Below are positions 9,601-20,300 of a stretch of DNA of 64,000 nucleotides, piece by piece. A model generated the notes under the pieces. The model did not search any database. It saw only the letters and a list, made by a program, of their open reading frames with translations, and was not told the DNA's origin. Within the stretch, counting starts at the first letter, position 1, and every line of letters starts with the position of its first letter. The position numbers and the translations under genes were made by a program. Origin of the DNA: an uncultured Clostridia bacterium (GTDB lineage: Bacteria; Bacillota; Clostridia; Christensenellales; DTU072); assembly GCA_944372095.1 (NCBI GenBank), contig CALVYG010000003.1:21347-85346 (forward strand), in the 5' to 3' direction.

Positions 9601-12600
9601 TTTTGCTCTCAAAGTTCGCGGCCATTACGCTAAGTGTATACTTTCCGGCATTTTTCCCCGTTGTAGTAAGCGTAAATTTTTTGCCGTCGTCGGAAAACGT
9701 ACCGCTCATTCCCTTGAAGGACACATTCTTGGCGTCACTGTTATAGAATCCGGAATAAACGAGTTCAAGCGTCTGCAATGTGCCGTCATACACATATTCC
9801 TTTTCTTCTATTTGAGGTTCGGACAAAGGCTTTTTAGCTATGCTCACCACCTGAGAAATACCGCTAAATTCATAGTTGTTGAGCGTTTCGTTGATGTTTA
9901 TCAAGCCTTCACCCACGGAAAGCGTATAAATGCCCGCGTCCGTTATGTCGAAACGGATATTGAAATTTCCGTACATGTCCTTTGAAATGCTTATCTCATC
10001 TGCACCCGAAGGATTATTGAAGCTCGTTTTATCGAAATGCTCATAATCGGTCCCCGCAATATTGGTAATGTTTAGGCTTACTCTTTGAGATTCGCCGTTA
10101 TATATAAGACCATCGGTACCGCTAAATGAGGCCGACAACCCTCTTTTCTTAATATTCCATTTGAATATTCGATCGTTATCCTCTGAATTAAGTTTATAGT
10201 TGTCGCTATTGACGCCGGTTATCGATGCCTCATATGAACCTGCGTTTCTTGCCTCACCGTCGCCACTGTAAGTAAAAACAATTTTGCCCGTATCCTCAGA
10301 CACTACTCCGGTAACCGTCGCCGAAACTTTGTGTTTCGCGGAGTCATAAGTTACAGAATCTTTATCGTCTCCGTCCAGCGTCCACGACTCAACGTCTAAC
10401 GTCTTCGGTACAATTTTCCACTCGTGCGACAACCTGGTACATTCGTCTATCGAATAGTTGGTGTTACCGATACCTGTTAGCGTTGTGGTGTATGTGCCTG
10501 CGTTTTTGCATACGCTATTGTCGCTTCCGGTGGTTTTGTACATCGGTTTAATCTCATCGTCCGACACAACACCGTCATATGTCATAAATACATAATGCGC
10601 TTTGCCTGTATACTCGACCTCTGAATTTGTTTCGCTGCCCTCTGTCTGCCAGCTTCCCCGCCAATTAAAGCTTGTCAGATATTTGGGGATTATTATAAAT
10701 TCGGCTTCTTCGGTAACGGTTTCATAGTTTTTTACGTCTTTGACAGACTTTTTCTTGTATTCAGCGGTAAGCTTATATTCCCCAGCGAATATAACACCAA
10801 CCCCTTGCGCGCCCATCGCCCCCTCGGAGAGTACCTCTCCGTCTTCTTTCTTGAAAACGAGATTGACAACAATATCATCTGGAATATCAAGCGCGTCTAT
10901 GCTCTGTCTTGAACCGTTATACTCCCGATTGTATTTTTCCGAAACGGAAGAATTTCCTTTTTCCAAAGCCTTCTTGCTTATTTCCACTTTAAGTAGGTCT
11001 GTCGCCTCCGAACGCTCTCCCGTGGGCGCAACGGCGATTACGGTAAGCGTGTACAACCCTGCCTCCGGAACATTTTGCACCTTTATTGACCCGGTCTCAG
11101 CCTCAAGCTCTCCATCGCGCTCCCACCTGTATAAAAAATTTACGGATGCATCGTGAGCCGGGATCGCCTTGAGCGTAAGAATTCGTTCTTCATCATATGT
11201 GAAACGTATCCCTTGGTCTCCCGAATCATAATTGTCGTCTGTGAATTCGGTAGCTATGCTCGCTTCGGGAAGGTTCAACTGCCACTTCGCAGTCAGCGAA
11301 AGATCCTCGCTGATGTCTTCCGTAGTCGCTATCTCCTCATCATCGTCAAACCACTTTACACCCGCATCGAAACCATATCTTATCGATTCAGCTTTGGGAA
11401 GTTCTATCGTTTCACCATCCGCCCAATACAGACGCTCGGCAGCAGACTCGGGAACATATGTTCCCCAATCGAGTTCTACGGTATATTCTTCAGCCCATTT
11501 TGCATAAAGTGAAGTAGACCGAGTGAATGTAAGTTTTTCGCTTTCCGAAAACTTGCACTCTCTAAGGAAATCGGAATCGTAATACCATCCGCGAAAAGCA
11601 TATCCGTCTTTTGCTCCGTCGGTCGCCACTTCGCGGTTATTCTTGATATACGCAAGAGTGTCTACGGAAATCGGCGTGCCTGTATTGTTTTCCCCGACGA
11701 GATCTTCGTACCCAAGAGTTACCTCAGTGCCTGTTTTTGCAATGATGCTCTCAATATAATAATCACTGTCGGTAAAGAAATCGATACAGAATTCACTTTC
11801 TTCGAGAATGGGACTGAAATTTTTGGCGTATTCCGGATTCTCCTTGCGGTATTTGTTGTATATATTCTTATCTACCTGAACGGAAACATCGGTATTCAGC
11901 CCTTCCAAAGAGTCTATTCGTCCCACGTTTTCTCCACTAAGAATGATCGTCTCTAGGGAAGCGGCGTCAAAACAATTTGCCGAAAACGCCGCCTTGCTGG
12001 AATACTTTATTGTTGTCAGCGCACTTCCGGAAACGGCACCCTTTCCTATGGACTCCACACTTTCAGGAAGTTCCAATGCCGTAATTTGATTGTTTACTAT
12101 GGCACCGCTTTCAATATAACGCAGTTCGCTGACTATCTTTTCCGTGCCGTCATCCGATTTTTTTTGTATGCCGAATGTAATGCTGTCTATCTTATTTATA
12201 GTGAATATCTCATCGTCCGTAAACGCCCCTGACGCTATGCCTATAACGGGTTTATTGTTATATTCGGACGGAATGTTCACTTGGGTGGAGGTGCCATTAT
12301 AAACGCCCGTTACGATATATGCACTGCCATCTTCGTTAAGTTCGTATTTGAGCGCACGCGTATCGGAAAAAATATCGTATACTTTGGGCGGTGCTTTATA
12401 CGCAAGCAACGCCAGAACTTGGCACGCAATTATGCACACGGCCATTATAGCATACGCCCTGATATATGCTTGTGAGGTGCTTTTTCGCTTCTCCGGACTT
12501 ATCCTGACCTCCTGCCTGACGAACGCATTAAGCGATTTGCGTTCGAGAACGGGAATTATTATGTATACTATCAACGAAACTATAAGCTGTATCACAGCTA

Positions 12601-12967
12601 TTATCATAAGATCCGTTCTCAAAAATCCCTCGTCCACATAACATAGCGCCATTGCAACAAGTATGGCAATTACCCATCCCGCTCCCGCTACATATGCCAG
12701 AATACTCATCACTCTCGCGTAGATTCCCGCAAATATGCGCAGCATAAAGTCCAATACACATACGCATATCTGTAATGCGTTAATTCCGATTATCACATAC
12801 ACCGCTATAAGAAAATAATCGGGACTACCTTTTCTCTGTATCAAAAACAGCGTCGTGAGCGATCCCGCTAAAATCACAATGAACCCAAGTAAAGTCAACA
12901 GATATCTCGCAAATACGATGTTCTTGTGTTCTTTAAGTATTATCGACGTTTTATTTGCTTCACTCAT
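6608..12967 (-). CDS. Giant (2119 aa) surface protein: 5-TM N-terminal anchor, BspA-type LRRs, Listeria-Bacteroides (Flg_new-like) repeats, and about 17 or more MBG/YDG-type repeats
   Basis: ATG 12967 with GGAGAAG upstream. Five N-terminal hydrophobic helices. YAFRGWYYDSDF...LYAKW matches the Flg_new pattern. Many ~80-aa units of the form 'Y(D/N)G..h...v......y....n.naG.Y......gn.NY.l' match the MBG-type pattern. Confidence 0.9.
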   Translation of the reverse strand: MSEANKTSIILKEHKNIVFARYLLTLLGFIVILAGSLTTLFLIQRKGSPDYFLIAVYVIIGINALQICVCVLDFMLRIFAGIYARVMSILAYVAGAGWVIAILVAMALCYVDEGFLRTDLMIIAVIQLIVSLIVYIIIPVLERKSLNAFVRQEVRISPEKRKSTSQAYIRAYAIMAVCIIACQVLALLAYKAPPKVYDIFSDTRALKYELNEDGSAYIVTGVYNGTSTQVNIPSEYNNKPVIGIASGAFTDDEIFTINKIDSITFGIQKKSDDGTEKIVSELRYIESGAIVNNQITALELPESVESIGKGAVSGSALTTIKYSSKAAFSANCFDAASLETIILSGENVGRIDSLEGLNTDVSVQVDKNIYNKYRKENPEYAKNFSPILEESEFCIDFFTDSDYYIESIIAKTGTEVTLGYEDLVGENNTGTPISVDTLAYIKNNREVATDGAKDGYAFRGWYYDSDFLRECKFSESEKLTFTRSTSLYAKWAEEYTVELDWGTYVPESAAERLYWADGETIELPKAESIRYGFDAGVKWFDDDEEIATTEDISEDLSLTAKWQLNLPEASIATEFTDDNYDSGDQGIRFTYDEERILTLKAIPAHDASVNFLYRWERDGELEAETGSIKVQNVPEAGLYTLTVIAVAPTGERSEATDLLKVEISKKALEKGNSSVSEKYNREYNGSRQSIDALDIPDDIVVNLVFKKEDGEVLSEGAMGAQGVGVIFAGEYKLTAEYKKKSVKDVKNYETVTEEAEFIIIPKYLTSFNWRGSWQTEGSETNSEVEYTGKAHYVFMTYDGVVSDDEIKPMYKTTGSDNSVCKNAGTYTTTLTGIGNTNYSIDECTRLSHEWKIVPKTLDVESWTLDGDDKDSVTYDSAKHKVSATVTGVVSEDTGKIVFTYSGDGEARNAGSYEASITGVNSDNYKLNSEDNDRIFKWNIKKRGLSASFSGTDGLIYNGESQRVSLNITNIAGTDYEHFDKTSFNNPSGADEISISKDMYGNFNIRFDITDAGIYTLSVGEGLININETLNNYEFSGISQVVSIAKKPLSEPQIEEKEYVYDGTLQTLELVYSGFYNSDAKNVSFKGMSGTFSDDGKKFTLTTTGKNAGKYTLSVMAANFESKNYSISDYDAEFTIEERQLVLNDYGYNSISLSKQTYFTYNGVAAKAYAVFGNVAAADASEKNIRIEFDNENGEIKNAGTYSLSLTLNLLQTQLGENISNYKFAGQTYSFTIEPKSVTPSWNFEAVYTGNADNEFVYTGDEIAAPTASFGNQICDGDTITIEYSGNEAKTNVGKYTTSISSLGNDNYKLDNNAEYEWKIIHKQLTLKWNAVQPYVYDGNNNGQSLTVEGILGDDEVGLKVVGTGSYSTEIRVKKEDNKRTIAPFSNAGSYSLKVDSVDSGNYSLPQDNLEISYEIQKAELTLSGWTWSNEKDFTGDNTKEGFESLVYRYSTYKLQNEISDDLGKSKDVILNYEENEKTNVGDYTAKITGLSGDDADNFKLPDEGLTKEWKIIPKVIDVKWTGGNQFTFNAETISVEASCFTGAESDKDGRTYDDGVSLKYSGNSYRNAGEYTANASVDDPSGNYTLNTDTTSHNWSISVCELGAPVWDKKTFTYNGTSLYPTAKFNIHGDVDVTVAYEYISSNAVDVGEKKIRVTGIGGEDAANYTLSDEAKTEYTYEITPLAVKIEWYYIKDGGNKASIDNLTDYDGKAATISAEVKNVIGTDVFSFTYEGVTNVTNAGSYSIKLTALGNDNYTTDGGENITLNFEIRKRILEFKWENSGDKEYVVSGYTLSATASNLADGDAVSSITYNGENSFTAVGTYTVSIANVTFSDSSDANNYELDNAIGRSETIKIVPRPVSIEWTNTEAEYDGKAHKPTVTVKGTDSVMIGTDEYTVTGPEAINAGSYEFELTLGDNSNYTLTDATGNTKCTLTIVPRPVSIEWTNTEAEYDGKAHKPTVTVKGTDSVMIGTDEYTVTGPEAINAGSYEFELTLGDNSNYTLTGATGNTKCTLNISRCSVAAVWWNDAESSSFTGNITDNGYEVAVEVGNLDLSAYTVLYKKEGEEQFLELVDGNALSEAGVYELKIELNDNYAHNYNLSNATVMLTLITSAESEVTDEE
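6933..7409 (-). repeat. Near-perfect 240-bp-period tandem duplication inside the 2119-aa gene (one 80-aa MBG-type unit duplicated)
   Basis: 6933-7169 and 7173-7409 are identical apart from one base (6960 c vs 7200 t), which gives TLTGATGN vs TLTDATGN in the protein. Both copies encode IVPRPVSIEWTNTEAEYDGKAHKPTVTVKGTDSVMIGTDEYTVTGPEAINAGSYEFELTLGDNSNYTL. Confidence 0.97.
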
Positions 12968-12997
12968 ATCACTTACTTCTCCTGTCCCCTTATGCTA

Positions 12998-14743
12998 TTA
13001 CTTTTCCAAAGTTTCTTCAGTCATAATATCACGCGACTGCATCTTTTTGAGATTCCCGAGTGCCGTGACTCTGTATTGGGTAATCCTGTGTCCCTTCCCC
13101 TTTCTCTGCCGCAAAAAAACCGTGCCGTCTATTCTCGTGACCATATGTCGCTTGCCACTGTCTATTTCGTGACAGGTCGCACACACGAATCCGAGATCGG
13201 TATCCGTCCCCGCGTCGCCGCTACCGCGATAGTACTCTCCGCCGCATATACTGCATTTGACGCATTTGTCTGCGTTGGCTATCAGCAGGTCGTCTCCGGA
13301 TAAACTGTATTTTGCTGCAACGTTTCTTTTGAACTTGGCAAGTATTGTTTTGGCTTCGGCGGTAGTCAATTCTTCTTCGCTCTTCCCGAGTGTGTCGTGA
13401 CAATATTTTCCGCGGAAACCCTCAAATTCCTCATAACCTGCTATCTTTTCGTACGCATAATTGACTATTGCCATCTGCTTCAGCGGAATGACGCTCCTGC
13501 AAACACCTTCCGAATCCACTCTGCCCATGTCGTATACCCATTCGATGGCTTCGCGACAACGGCAATAGTTAATCCCCCCCTCCAAAGAAGCGTTCGTCAA
13601 AGTTCTGATAAACTCTCTGCCGGGCGCAAGTTTTACGTTGCGGTAAGGATCCATCAGCACCCCTACTTTGTCGGCTAACACTTTTTTATAATTGTAATGC
13701 CACTCTCCGCATACCGGACAACATTCAAGACACTCAGCACACCCGGTAAGATGCACAAGACGCCCCTTATCACTCATAGTTTCGTACAATGCATCCTTAT
13801 TGATATGTATTTTGTTGACGGCTCCGCCAATGGATACTAACGCGCTGTCACATGTATTACATTCAAACGCGCTTCTGCTGAGATTGTCGCTGCCACGGCT
13901 CATGCCGGCAAAATATTGAGTCCGGAAAATACCCTCCGACTTGCCGTTGCCTACCCTCACAAGAATGTCCTGTGCGCGTAGGCGAATTTCGAAAATCGAT
14001 TTGATGGATATTCTCTGTATATCCGTTTCCGATTCGTGATATGCGTTAAACACGGCTTTTCTGATTAGATCGGAATTCAGTTTGAGGTTTTCTCGCGCTT
14101 CACCCGTAAGCAGGCTTATCGTACCTCCTTCCAATCCGTCCACTATCTCGTTCGGAACAACTTTTACAGCCCCGTCCGTCAACATAAAACTGAATGTCTC
14201 AGAAGTCGCAGATACTCCCGTATCCTTTATAAGATAGCATTTGAATACGCTGACTCGCTTCATATTGTCGGGCGTAGACTCGAAACTTATATCCTCTTCA
14301 ATGGGAAGATTTTCTCCGGCAACAGGACGATTGTACTTGTATCCTATGATGTCATCAATATTATCTACAATTTTCTTTCTGTCTATCTGTATAGCCTCGT
14401 CGTCGGACCGAAGCAGATATGTTACATGCTCATAAACTTTGTTTATTAGCGTTGCAGAAGACCTTGGGTCGATTACGGCATACTGTTTGTTTATGCTTTC
14501 GTAAAACAAGGGACTAATCCCGGATCCTATCCCAATATCCACTCCGCTTTCGTCCGATTCATAGTTATCACCAGACGAACCGGGATCGTACGGTTCGTTA
14601 ATGACTATATAGTTGTCGCCGTCAATACAAATGCTCTCAGCGTCCCCGTATCTTTTTTTGAACTCGACAACTTCGTTTTTCAGCGTGGACTCAAAATCAC
14701 CGCCAAATGTAAATTTTAATTGTCTTGCTATATCTGTCAGCAC
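12998..14743 (-). CDS. Cys-rich (multi zinc-ribbon-like) hypothetical protein
   Basis: The track ORF starts at TTG 14749, only 2 nt after GGAGGA. GTG 14743 has better spacing. CxxC-type clusters: CNTCDS, CAECLECCPVCGEWH, CRCRE, CVKCSICGGEYY...CATCHE. Confidence 0.7.
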   Translation of the reverse strand: MLTDIARQLKFTFGGDFESTLKNEVVEFKKRYGDAESICIDGDNYIVINEPYDPGSSGDNYESDESGVDIGIGSGISPLFYESINKQYAVIDPRSSATLINKVYEHVTYLLRSDDEAIQIDRKKIVDNIDDIIGYKYNRPVAGENLPIEEDISFESTPDNMKRVSVFKCYLIKDTGVSATSETFSFMLTDGAVKVVPNEIVDGLEGGTISLLTGEARENLKLNSDLIRKAVFNAYHESETDIQRISIKSIFEIRLRAQDILVRVGNGKSEGIFRTQYFAGMSRGSDNLSRSAFECNTCDSALVSIGGAVNKIHINKDALYETMSDKGRLVHLTGCAECLECCPVCGEWHYNYKKVLADKVGVLMDPYRNVKLAPGREFIRTLTNASLEGGINYCRCREAIEWVYDMGRVDSEGVCRSVIPLKQMAIVNYAYEKIAGYEEFEGFRGKYCHDTLGKSEEELTTAEAKTILAKFKRNVAAKYSLSGDDLLIANADKCVKCSICGGEYYRGSGDAGTDTDLGFVCATCHEIDSGKRHMVTRIDGTVFLRQRKGKGHRITQYRVTALGNLKKMQSRDIMTEETLEK

Positions 14744-14767
14744 AACCAATTCCTCCGTTGAGATACT

Positions 14768-17368
14768 TTATTCATTTATACTTCCGAATCCGACGTCATC
14801 GGCAGACATCATATTTTCCGTTACGTTGAAGAAATCCCCGAACGCCTTGATGAAAACGTCATACATTGCACACCTGATTCCCTCGATTTTGTCGTATTCT
14901 ACGCGAAACATCTCCTTTGCTGCAACCGCTTCCTCGCTTTTTATCGATGCAATAATCGATTTTGCTGCGCGTTCGCTTTTGTTTATCGTCGCTTTTGTCT
15001 CCAACATACTCTTTTCAAAAACCTCATCCGCACTCGCAGAGTGAATACTCCTGCCCGCAGATCGGTTTTCAACAAGTTTTCGATATTCCTCGACGTATTC
15101 ATTTATTGCAGAATAAAAATTGTTAACACCCCTGAAAAACTGCCTTGGATTATTGACTTTGAGCTTTTCATACTTCGGACAATCCGCACAGTTAGCCGGC
15201 GGCGGACACATCCCGCGCAAGTATTTTATGCACGCTCCGAAAAATACATATCGGCTATCCCCGGAACGCGCGCCTACAGGTATAACTTTCCTGAATCCCG
15301 ATTTCCCTATCGGCGGCGGATCTATATTCTCCACAGAATCGCCACCCTCCTCTATGGTAACACTGCTCCCAATCACCATCCCGAAGCATTTTCCGATATG
15401 TTTCATCTGCGAAAGCCTGAATTTTGCTTCGGGAGAGAAAAAGACATTTTGCGTGTTGATTCCGGATAACTCGTTCGTGAAAGCAGCGGCAACATCTTCC
15501 TCCGACAGAGAGTTCTCCACTGCCATGCGCGTCGCTATATACACCGCTTCGAGTTTTTTGACGCGCGAAGCATATTCCCCGCTCATATTCTCGCTTTTGT
15601 CCGTAACCTCGCTTAAGTCACAGCTTTTATTGATATACTTTTCGGAAATATTGCCACTAAGATCGTCTCGCATCGCCATAAGTATTATTCTCGGAGCGAA
15701 ACGCATACTCTTGGCTTTATCCATAAGCCCCGCAAAAAATCTGTCCGCAGGGTGCAGATCCGCAAAATATATCGCGCGTACAGCGTAATCGTAAGGCGTT
15801 GCCGCAAAATGAGGTATATCTGTTACGGCTACTACCGCGCCGTCGGATAATGAATCGCCCATAATCTCGTCCACACTGTCCATATATCGATAGCCGAATT
15901 TCTCCGAAAGTTTTCTGATCGACGTCACGGCCTCATCCATCGCCTCACGTGAAACGACTATAATAAACGGTTTTCTTCCCCCTTTCTCCGCAGAAATCGC
16001 TTTGAACACCGCGAGATATTTATTAAACCTGCAATCGTTTTGCTCTACGGACGTAAATACGGTTTCGTTATCCCTTTTCGGAACGGAGCCATGACGCTTA
16101 TCGAGAATGTATCCGAAAAAAGAGTCGAGCCTCTTCACCCTCACAACTTCAAAGTCCGTTGCAGATAGCGGATACGCTATACCGCCGAACGATTCCACAA
16201 GCTCCGCTATCTCTTCCGCTTTATGCGCCTCAACGGCGCGCACTTCCGTTTTATCGGATAAAAGCACATTATACACTAAACGCGCAAAATTTCTTCCTCC
16301 GTCCGTAATAAAGTCAAGCATATTGTCGAACCAGTAATCCTCCGACAATGCCGTACCGCGCATTTTGACATATGCTCTTACCGTTTGAAGAAACAACTCT
16401 CGCTGCGTCATAAACCCGAACATATCCGAAATGCGCTTAGCCAAAGCACCGACGTCGCTGAAGCGTGAACCCGCAAAACTCATTACGTAATCCGCAATGC
16501 CTTCGTTTTCGAGTGCGGTATTTAAAGTGTATTGCAGAACATCGGAATTCTGCGCTGTGAGAATATCCGCTATTTTCTTTGCTAACTTGTTTAATCCCAA
16601 ATTGTCCGTCAGTTTCTTTGCCACATATAAATTAACGCCCGCACCCGCCGTAAGACAATCGCTGTATACCACTACTCTACCCGCAGAATCGGCTATTTTT
16701 GCCAGTCGCTTATAGGACCTAATCCGCGGTGTATAGTATACTTCACTGTTAAAAAACATGACGTCATACTCAAACGGATCTATTGTGTCGACGGAGTGCT
16801 TTCCGGTATTTTTGCATTTTTTGAGTTCAAATAATCCATATACTTCGTCCATATACACGAAATCGTATTCGGCGTCCGCCATCAAATCGGCTAACGCATA
16901 TTGAAGCCTTCTATCTGAATATCTCCTTATACTTCCGTCGAGGCTGACGTCCGCAAAAAATTCCTTGTTCAAAATCGGCGTCCCCGAATAATCCTCCAAC
17001 GCGATTATAAGATACGGATAATTCTTTTTTATAATCTTAGCAATAAAATTTTTGTCAATGCCCGCACAGTCGTTTATGTTTACTATACCCGCGCCTTCAA
17101 ATAAACTGTCCATCTTTTGTACGGTATCCACGACAAAAATTTTTCCGAAACAATGTTCCAAACACGTAGCAAGCTCCGCTGCGGTAACAGTCTCGGGCGT
17201 AATGGCAAGAAACGACTCCGTCTTGTTTTCGGTAAAATATGATATTAGCGCCGAAACCACCCTGTGCTTTGCAGAATCGGCAATAAACAATCTCTCGGAG
17301 TCGGCCAGCTTTTCAATGTATTTGCCGACTTTTTCCCCCTCTGCCGCCATACCGTTTACCATCATCAT
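14768..17368 (-). CDS. Large (866 aa) hypothetical partner of the SNF2 helicase; C-terminal Cys-knuckle plus helical module paralogous to the SNF2 C-terminus
   Basis: ATGATGATG follows GGAGGA and overlaps the SNF2 stop (ATGA, 17365-17368); the exact start (17368, 17365 or 17362) is ambiguous. I saw no GxxGxGK(T/S). CPPPANCADCPKYEK...NNFYSAINEY resembles the SNF2 tail DCSDARDCNKCPNYSQ...NSYSEFTKAA. Confidence 0.7.
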   Translation of the reverse strand: MMMVNGMAAEGEKVGKYIEKLADSERLFIADSAKHRVVSALISYFTENKTESFLAITPETVTAAELATCLEHCFGKIFVVDTVQKMDSLFEGAGIVNINDCAGIDKNFIAKIIKKNYPYLIIALEDYSGTPILNKEFFADVSLDGSIRRYSDRRLQYALADLMADAEYDFVYMDEVYGLFELKKCKNTGKHSVDTIDPFEYDVMFFNSEVYYTPRIRSYKRLAKIADSAGRVVVYSDCLTAGAGVNLYVAKKLTDNLGLNKLAKKIADILTAQNSDVLQYTLNTALENEGIADYVMSFAGSRFSDVGALAKRISDMFGFMTQRELFLQTVRAYVKMRGTALSEDYWFDNMLDFITDGGRNFARLVYNVLLSDKTEVRAVEAHKAEEIAELVESFGGIAYPLSATDFEVVRVKRLDSFFGYILDKRHGSVPKRDNETVFTSVEQNDCRFNKYLAVFKAISAEKGGRKPFIIVVSREAMDEAVTSIRKLSEKFGYRYMDSVDEIMGDSLSDGAVVAVTDIPHFAATPYDYAVRAIYFADLHPADRFFAGLMDKAKSMRFAPRIILMAMRDDLSGNISEKYINKSCDLSEVTDKSENMSGEYASRVKKLEAVYIATRMAVENSLSEEDVAAAFTNELSGINTQNVFFSPEAKFRLSQMKHIGKCFGMVIGSSVTIEEGGDSVENIDPPPIGKSGFRKVIPVGARSGDSRYVFFGACIKYLRGMCPPPANCADCPKYEKLKVNNPRQFFRGVNNFYSAINEYVEEYRKLVENRSAGRSIHSASADEVFEKSMLETKATINKSERAAKSIIASIKSEEAVAAKEMFRVEYDKIEGIRCAMYDVFIKAFGDFFNVTENMMSADDVGFGSINE

Positions 17369-20300
17369 TCCTCCGTAATGATTTCGTCGTCGAATTCGAC
17401 ATTCTCGTCCATATTGCTCATAAATTCGGCAATGGAGAGCGTTTTGATAAACTTTTCAAACATTGCCGCGCTCTCAAGCACGCTGTCGCACTGTTTATAA
17501 AACTGTTTAAGCACTCTGTCGATATAACGTTTCACCACGTCGTCCCAATAGAGTTTCTTGATTGGATTCATTATAGCGTCAAACTCTTTTATTGTCATGA
17601 CGAAAGGCTTCATGGGATCGGATTTAAGATTGGTTTTCAGCTTGCTCTTAAGTTCTTCAAATTCCTTCCTGCGGGAGCGAAAAAACGCATCTTGTCTGCT
17701 CATTTTGTTATCCTGCCCCTGTACGAGCGTTCCCCTTGCGCTGAGCGTTGAGAGCATGTTTTCGTAAAACTTTATACTTTCTCCTGCAAATTTTTCGGCG
17801 GCTTTGGTAAATTCAGAATAACTGTTTACGACGCCTTCTCCGCCTTCGGATTTACATTGCGAATAATTCGGGCATTTATTGCAATCGCGTGCGTCACTGC
17901 AATCGAGAAATACGTTACGCCTGCTGTTAAAACGAACAACTTTATCCTTGTCGGAATCATCGCGCCTGCCTTTATATATGGAATTGACGAACATTTTCTC
18001 ATATACTTTTCTCATCGCGTTGATATACACAAAATCTGCCTTGGTAAAATCTTTGTCCGTTCCGAATTCCGCGCTGAACTCATCCGCTGCATGGTCAATA
18101 TCCGTCCTGTCAACCTCCTCGGTGCATAATCTGTAGAGAATTAAATAGAATTTTTCAAGCTTATTGACATTGCCTTCAAACGAAATATCTTCTTTTGCCT
18201 CGGAAGTCTGTACGTTCTCGCGGCTTTCCTCAGGTACGGAAACTATACCCGTCGTCTCCCCCATCCACTGCGTGAACATAAGCATTTCGTTGGCGAAAAA
18301 GTTGATTACAAATCCACTCATATCGTTTAACGGAACGAATGATATTATATTGATGGACTGCTCCTGGCTTGCAGGTCTGATACGGTCAATACGCCCTATC
18401 CTCTGCTCCATTTTGAGAGGGTCGTAATTGATGTCGAAATTGATTATTGTATTGGCTTTCTGTAAATCGACGCCTTTTTCATAACGCTTAGGGTCTATTA
18501 TAACAAGAAGATTGCCTCTGTATCGGTTTATATCGTCGGTCTGCTCGGAAACTCTCCAGCTCTGCTTTACACTGCTTATACCGTAACGCTCGAAAGCCTT
18601 ATCGAATTTTTTCTTCGTAGATTCATTTATCGCACCGAGTTTTTCCGTCAACGGACTGCATCCCTGATAAGCAAACCACTTCGTGATAATATCGCGGTAT
18701 CTCCCGTCAGCAAACAACAGCACCATGTTGTTTATATTGCCCAAAGAAGCATCGGTGCCTTCCATGAGCTTATTTACCAACGCGAGTTTATACTCTATCA
18801 TATTTTCGTCCCCTATCTGCACCGATTCGTAATAGCTGTGCTGCGGCAAATGATGTTCGTCTCCTCCACTCATGGAGTCGTTTATGTATGCGAAAAGTTG
18901 CTTTGCGGCAGCAAAACGCTTTTGCTTTGAAGCTTCCGTACCTTTCAATGTTCCGTAGTTTGGCAATGATTCGATATCCACCTCGCCGCTATGCAATGCA
19001 GATATATCCTTATTCCTCGTCGTAAGATAGGAATCGAAAAACCTGTCTATACGTTGCAGATATATTACGTTTCCGTTGCGCTTTGGCCATATGGGCAGAT
19101 TGCGATATCTTTCCATCTTTCCGCTCTTGAGCATATCCGTAACGCTCGCATCGGGAAAGTTCCCGAGATTGTAAGTCTGATGACGCGTGTGGCGGATACC
19201 GTATTTTCTGTATGTGTTATACCATCTGCGCGGACCATCTTTGAGAACAAGCATATCCCTTATCCTCTTTATTGGCTCATTATTTTCTCCAATGAAATCC
19301 TCTTCAAATCTCAGCCTTATAGGGTTATCTAGAAGTGCGCGGAACACTACTCGGGTGCGCATATCCGACGTAGGTTCTATACCCTTCATTAGTTCCAAGA
19401 TTCCGTCGTTTAACAACAACGAATTCACGTCATCCAGGCGTTGGTCTATCGCTCCGTCCTCATGCTTGGTTTCAAGTTTATATGCAGAAAGAAGGTTCAT
19501 TACCACCTCGTTTATCGACATATACGAGAAATGACTCAGAAGATAATTTTTAATGTTTTCGGCATCAGAAGCGTTCTTTTCGATATATTGCGTGTGCATG
19601 TACGGGAAAGCATATTTGTTCCCCGCGCTGTTTTTGGGTGCTTCGCGCAAATATTCGGAATGATGATCCGTAAAAAACTCGGCGGCAATTTCGGTAATGC
19701 ATTTATAAACGCTTTGCCTTATGTCGTCGATCGATTTCGGATCTGCCGTATCAAGATCTCGCGAGAGAACTTCGTAAGTTTCCGCATCCTTGTTGCACGC
19801 AAGTAAAGTCAGGAGATAAAAATCTACCATATCCGACTTTATCGGAGTCGCCGTGAGAAATATTTTACGTTTGGCTTTGTCCGCCAAGTCCTTGAGTTTT
19901 TTATATAGACTTGTTTTTTCTATGAAATAATAATCATCGAATAGTTCGTATCTGTTAAATTGCTTCGCGGGATATTTTTCTACGAATTCGGCTTGCCTTA
20001 AATGGAAATCGTCCGTGTTTACCTTCGCTCGTACGTCGATATAGTCATGGACTTCATCCACAATCACGGTTTGATATGCTGCGTCAATAAAAAAATCGAT
20101 GACTTTGTACGATTCGTAATAAGGAATTATTCCTTCGCCATCCTGAGTGGAATATTCGTGTCTATAATTTTTTATCTCCGGCGCAAGTTCATGATTCAAA
20201 AACGGCGTCGTGGCTCCGGTTTGGGAATCCGTTGAAGATATCGGCACCACGAGAATGGGATATTTCTTGCTTAATCCACCCGAAATACGGGCGCTTTCTT

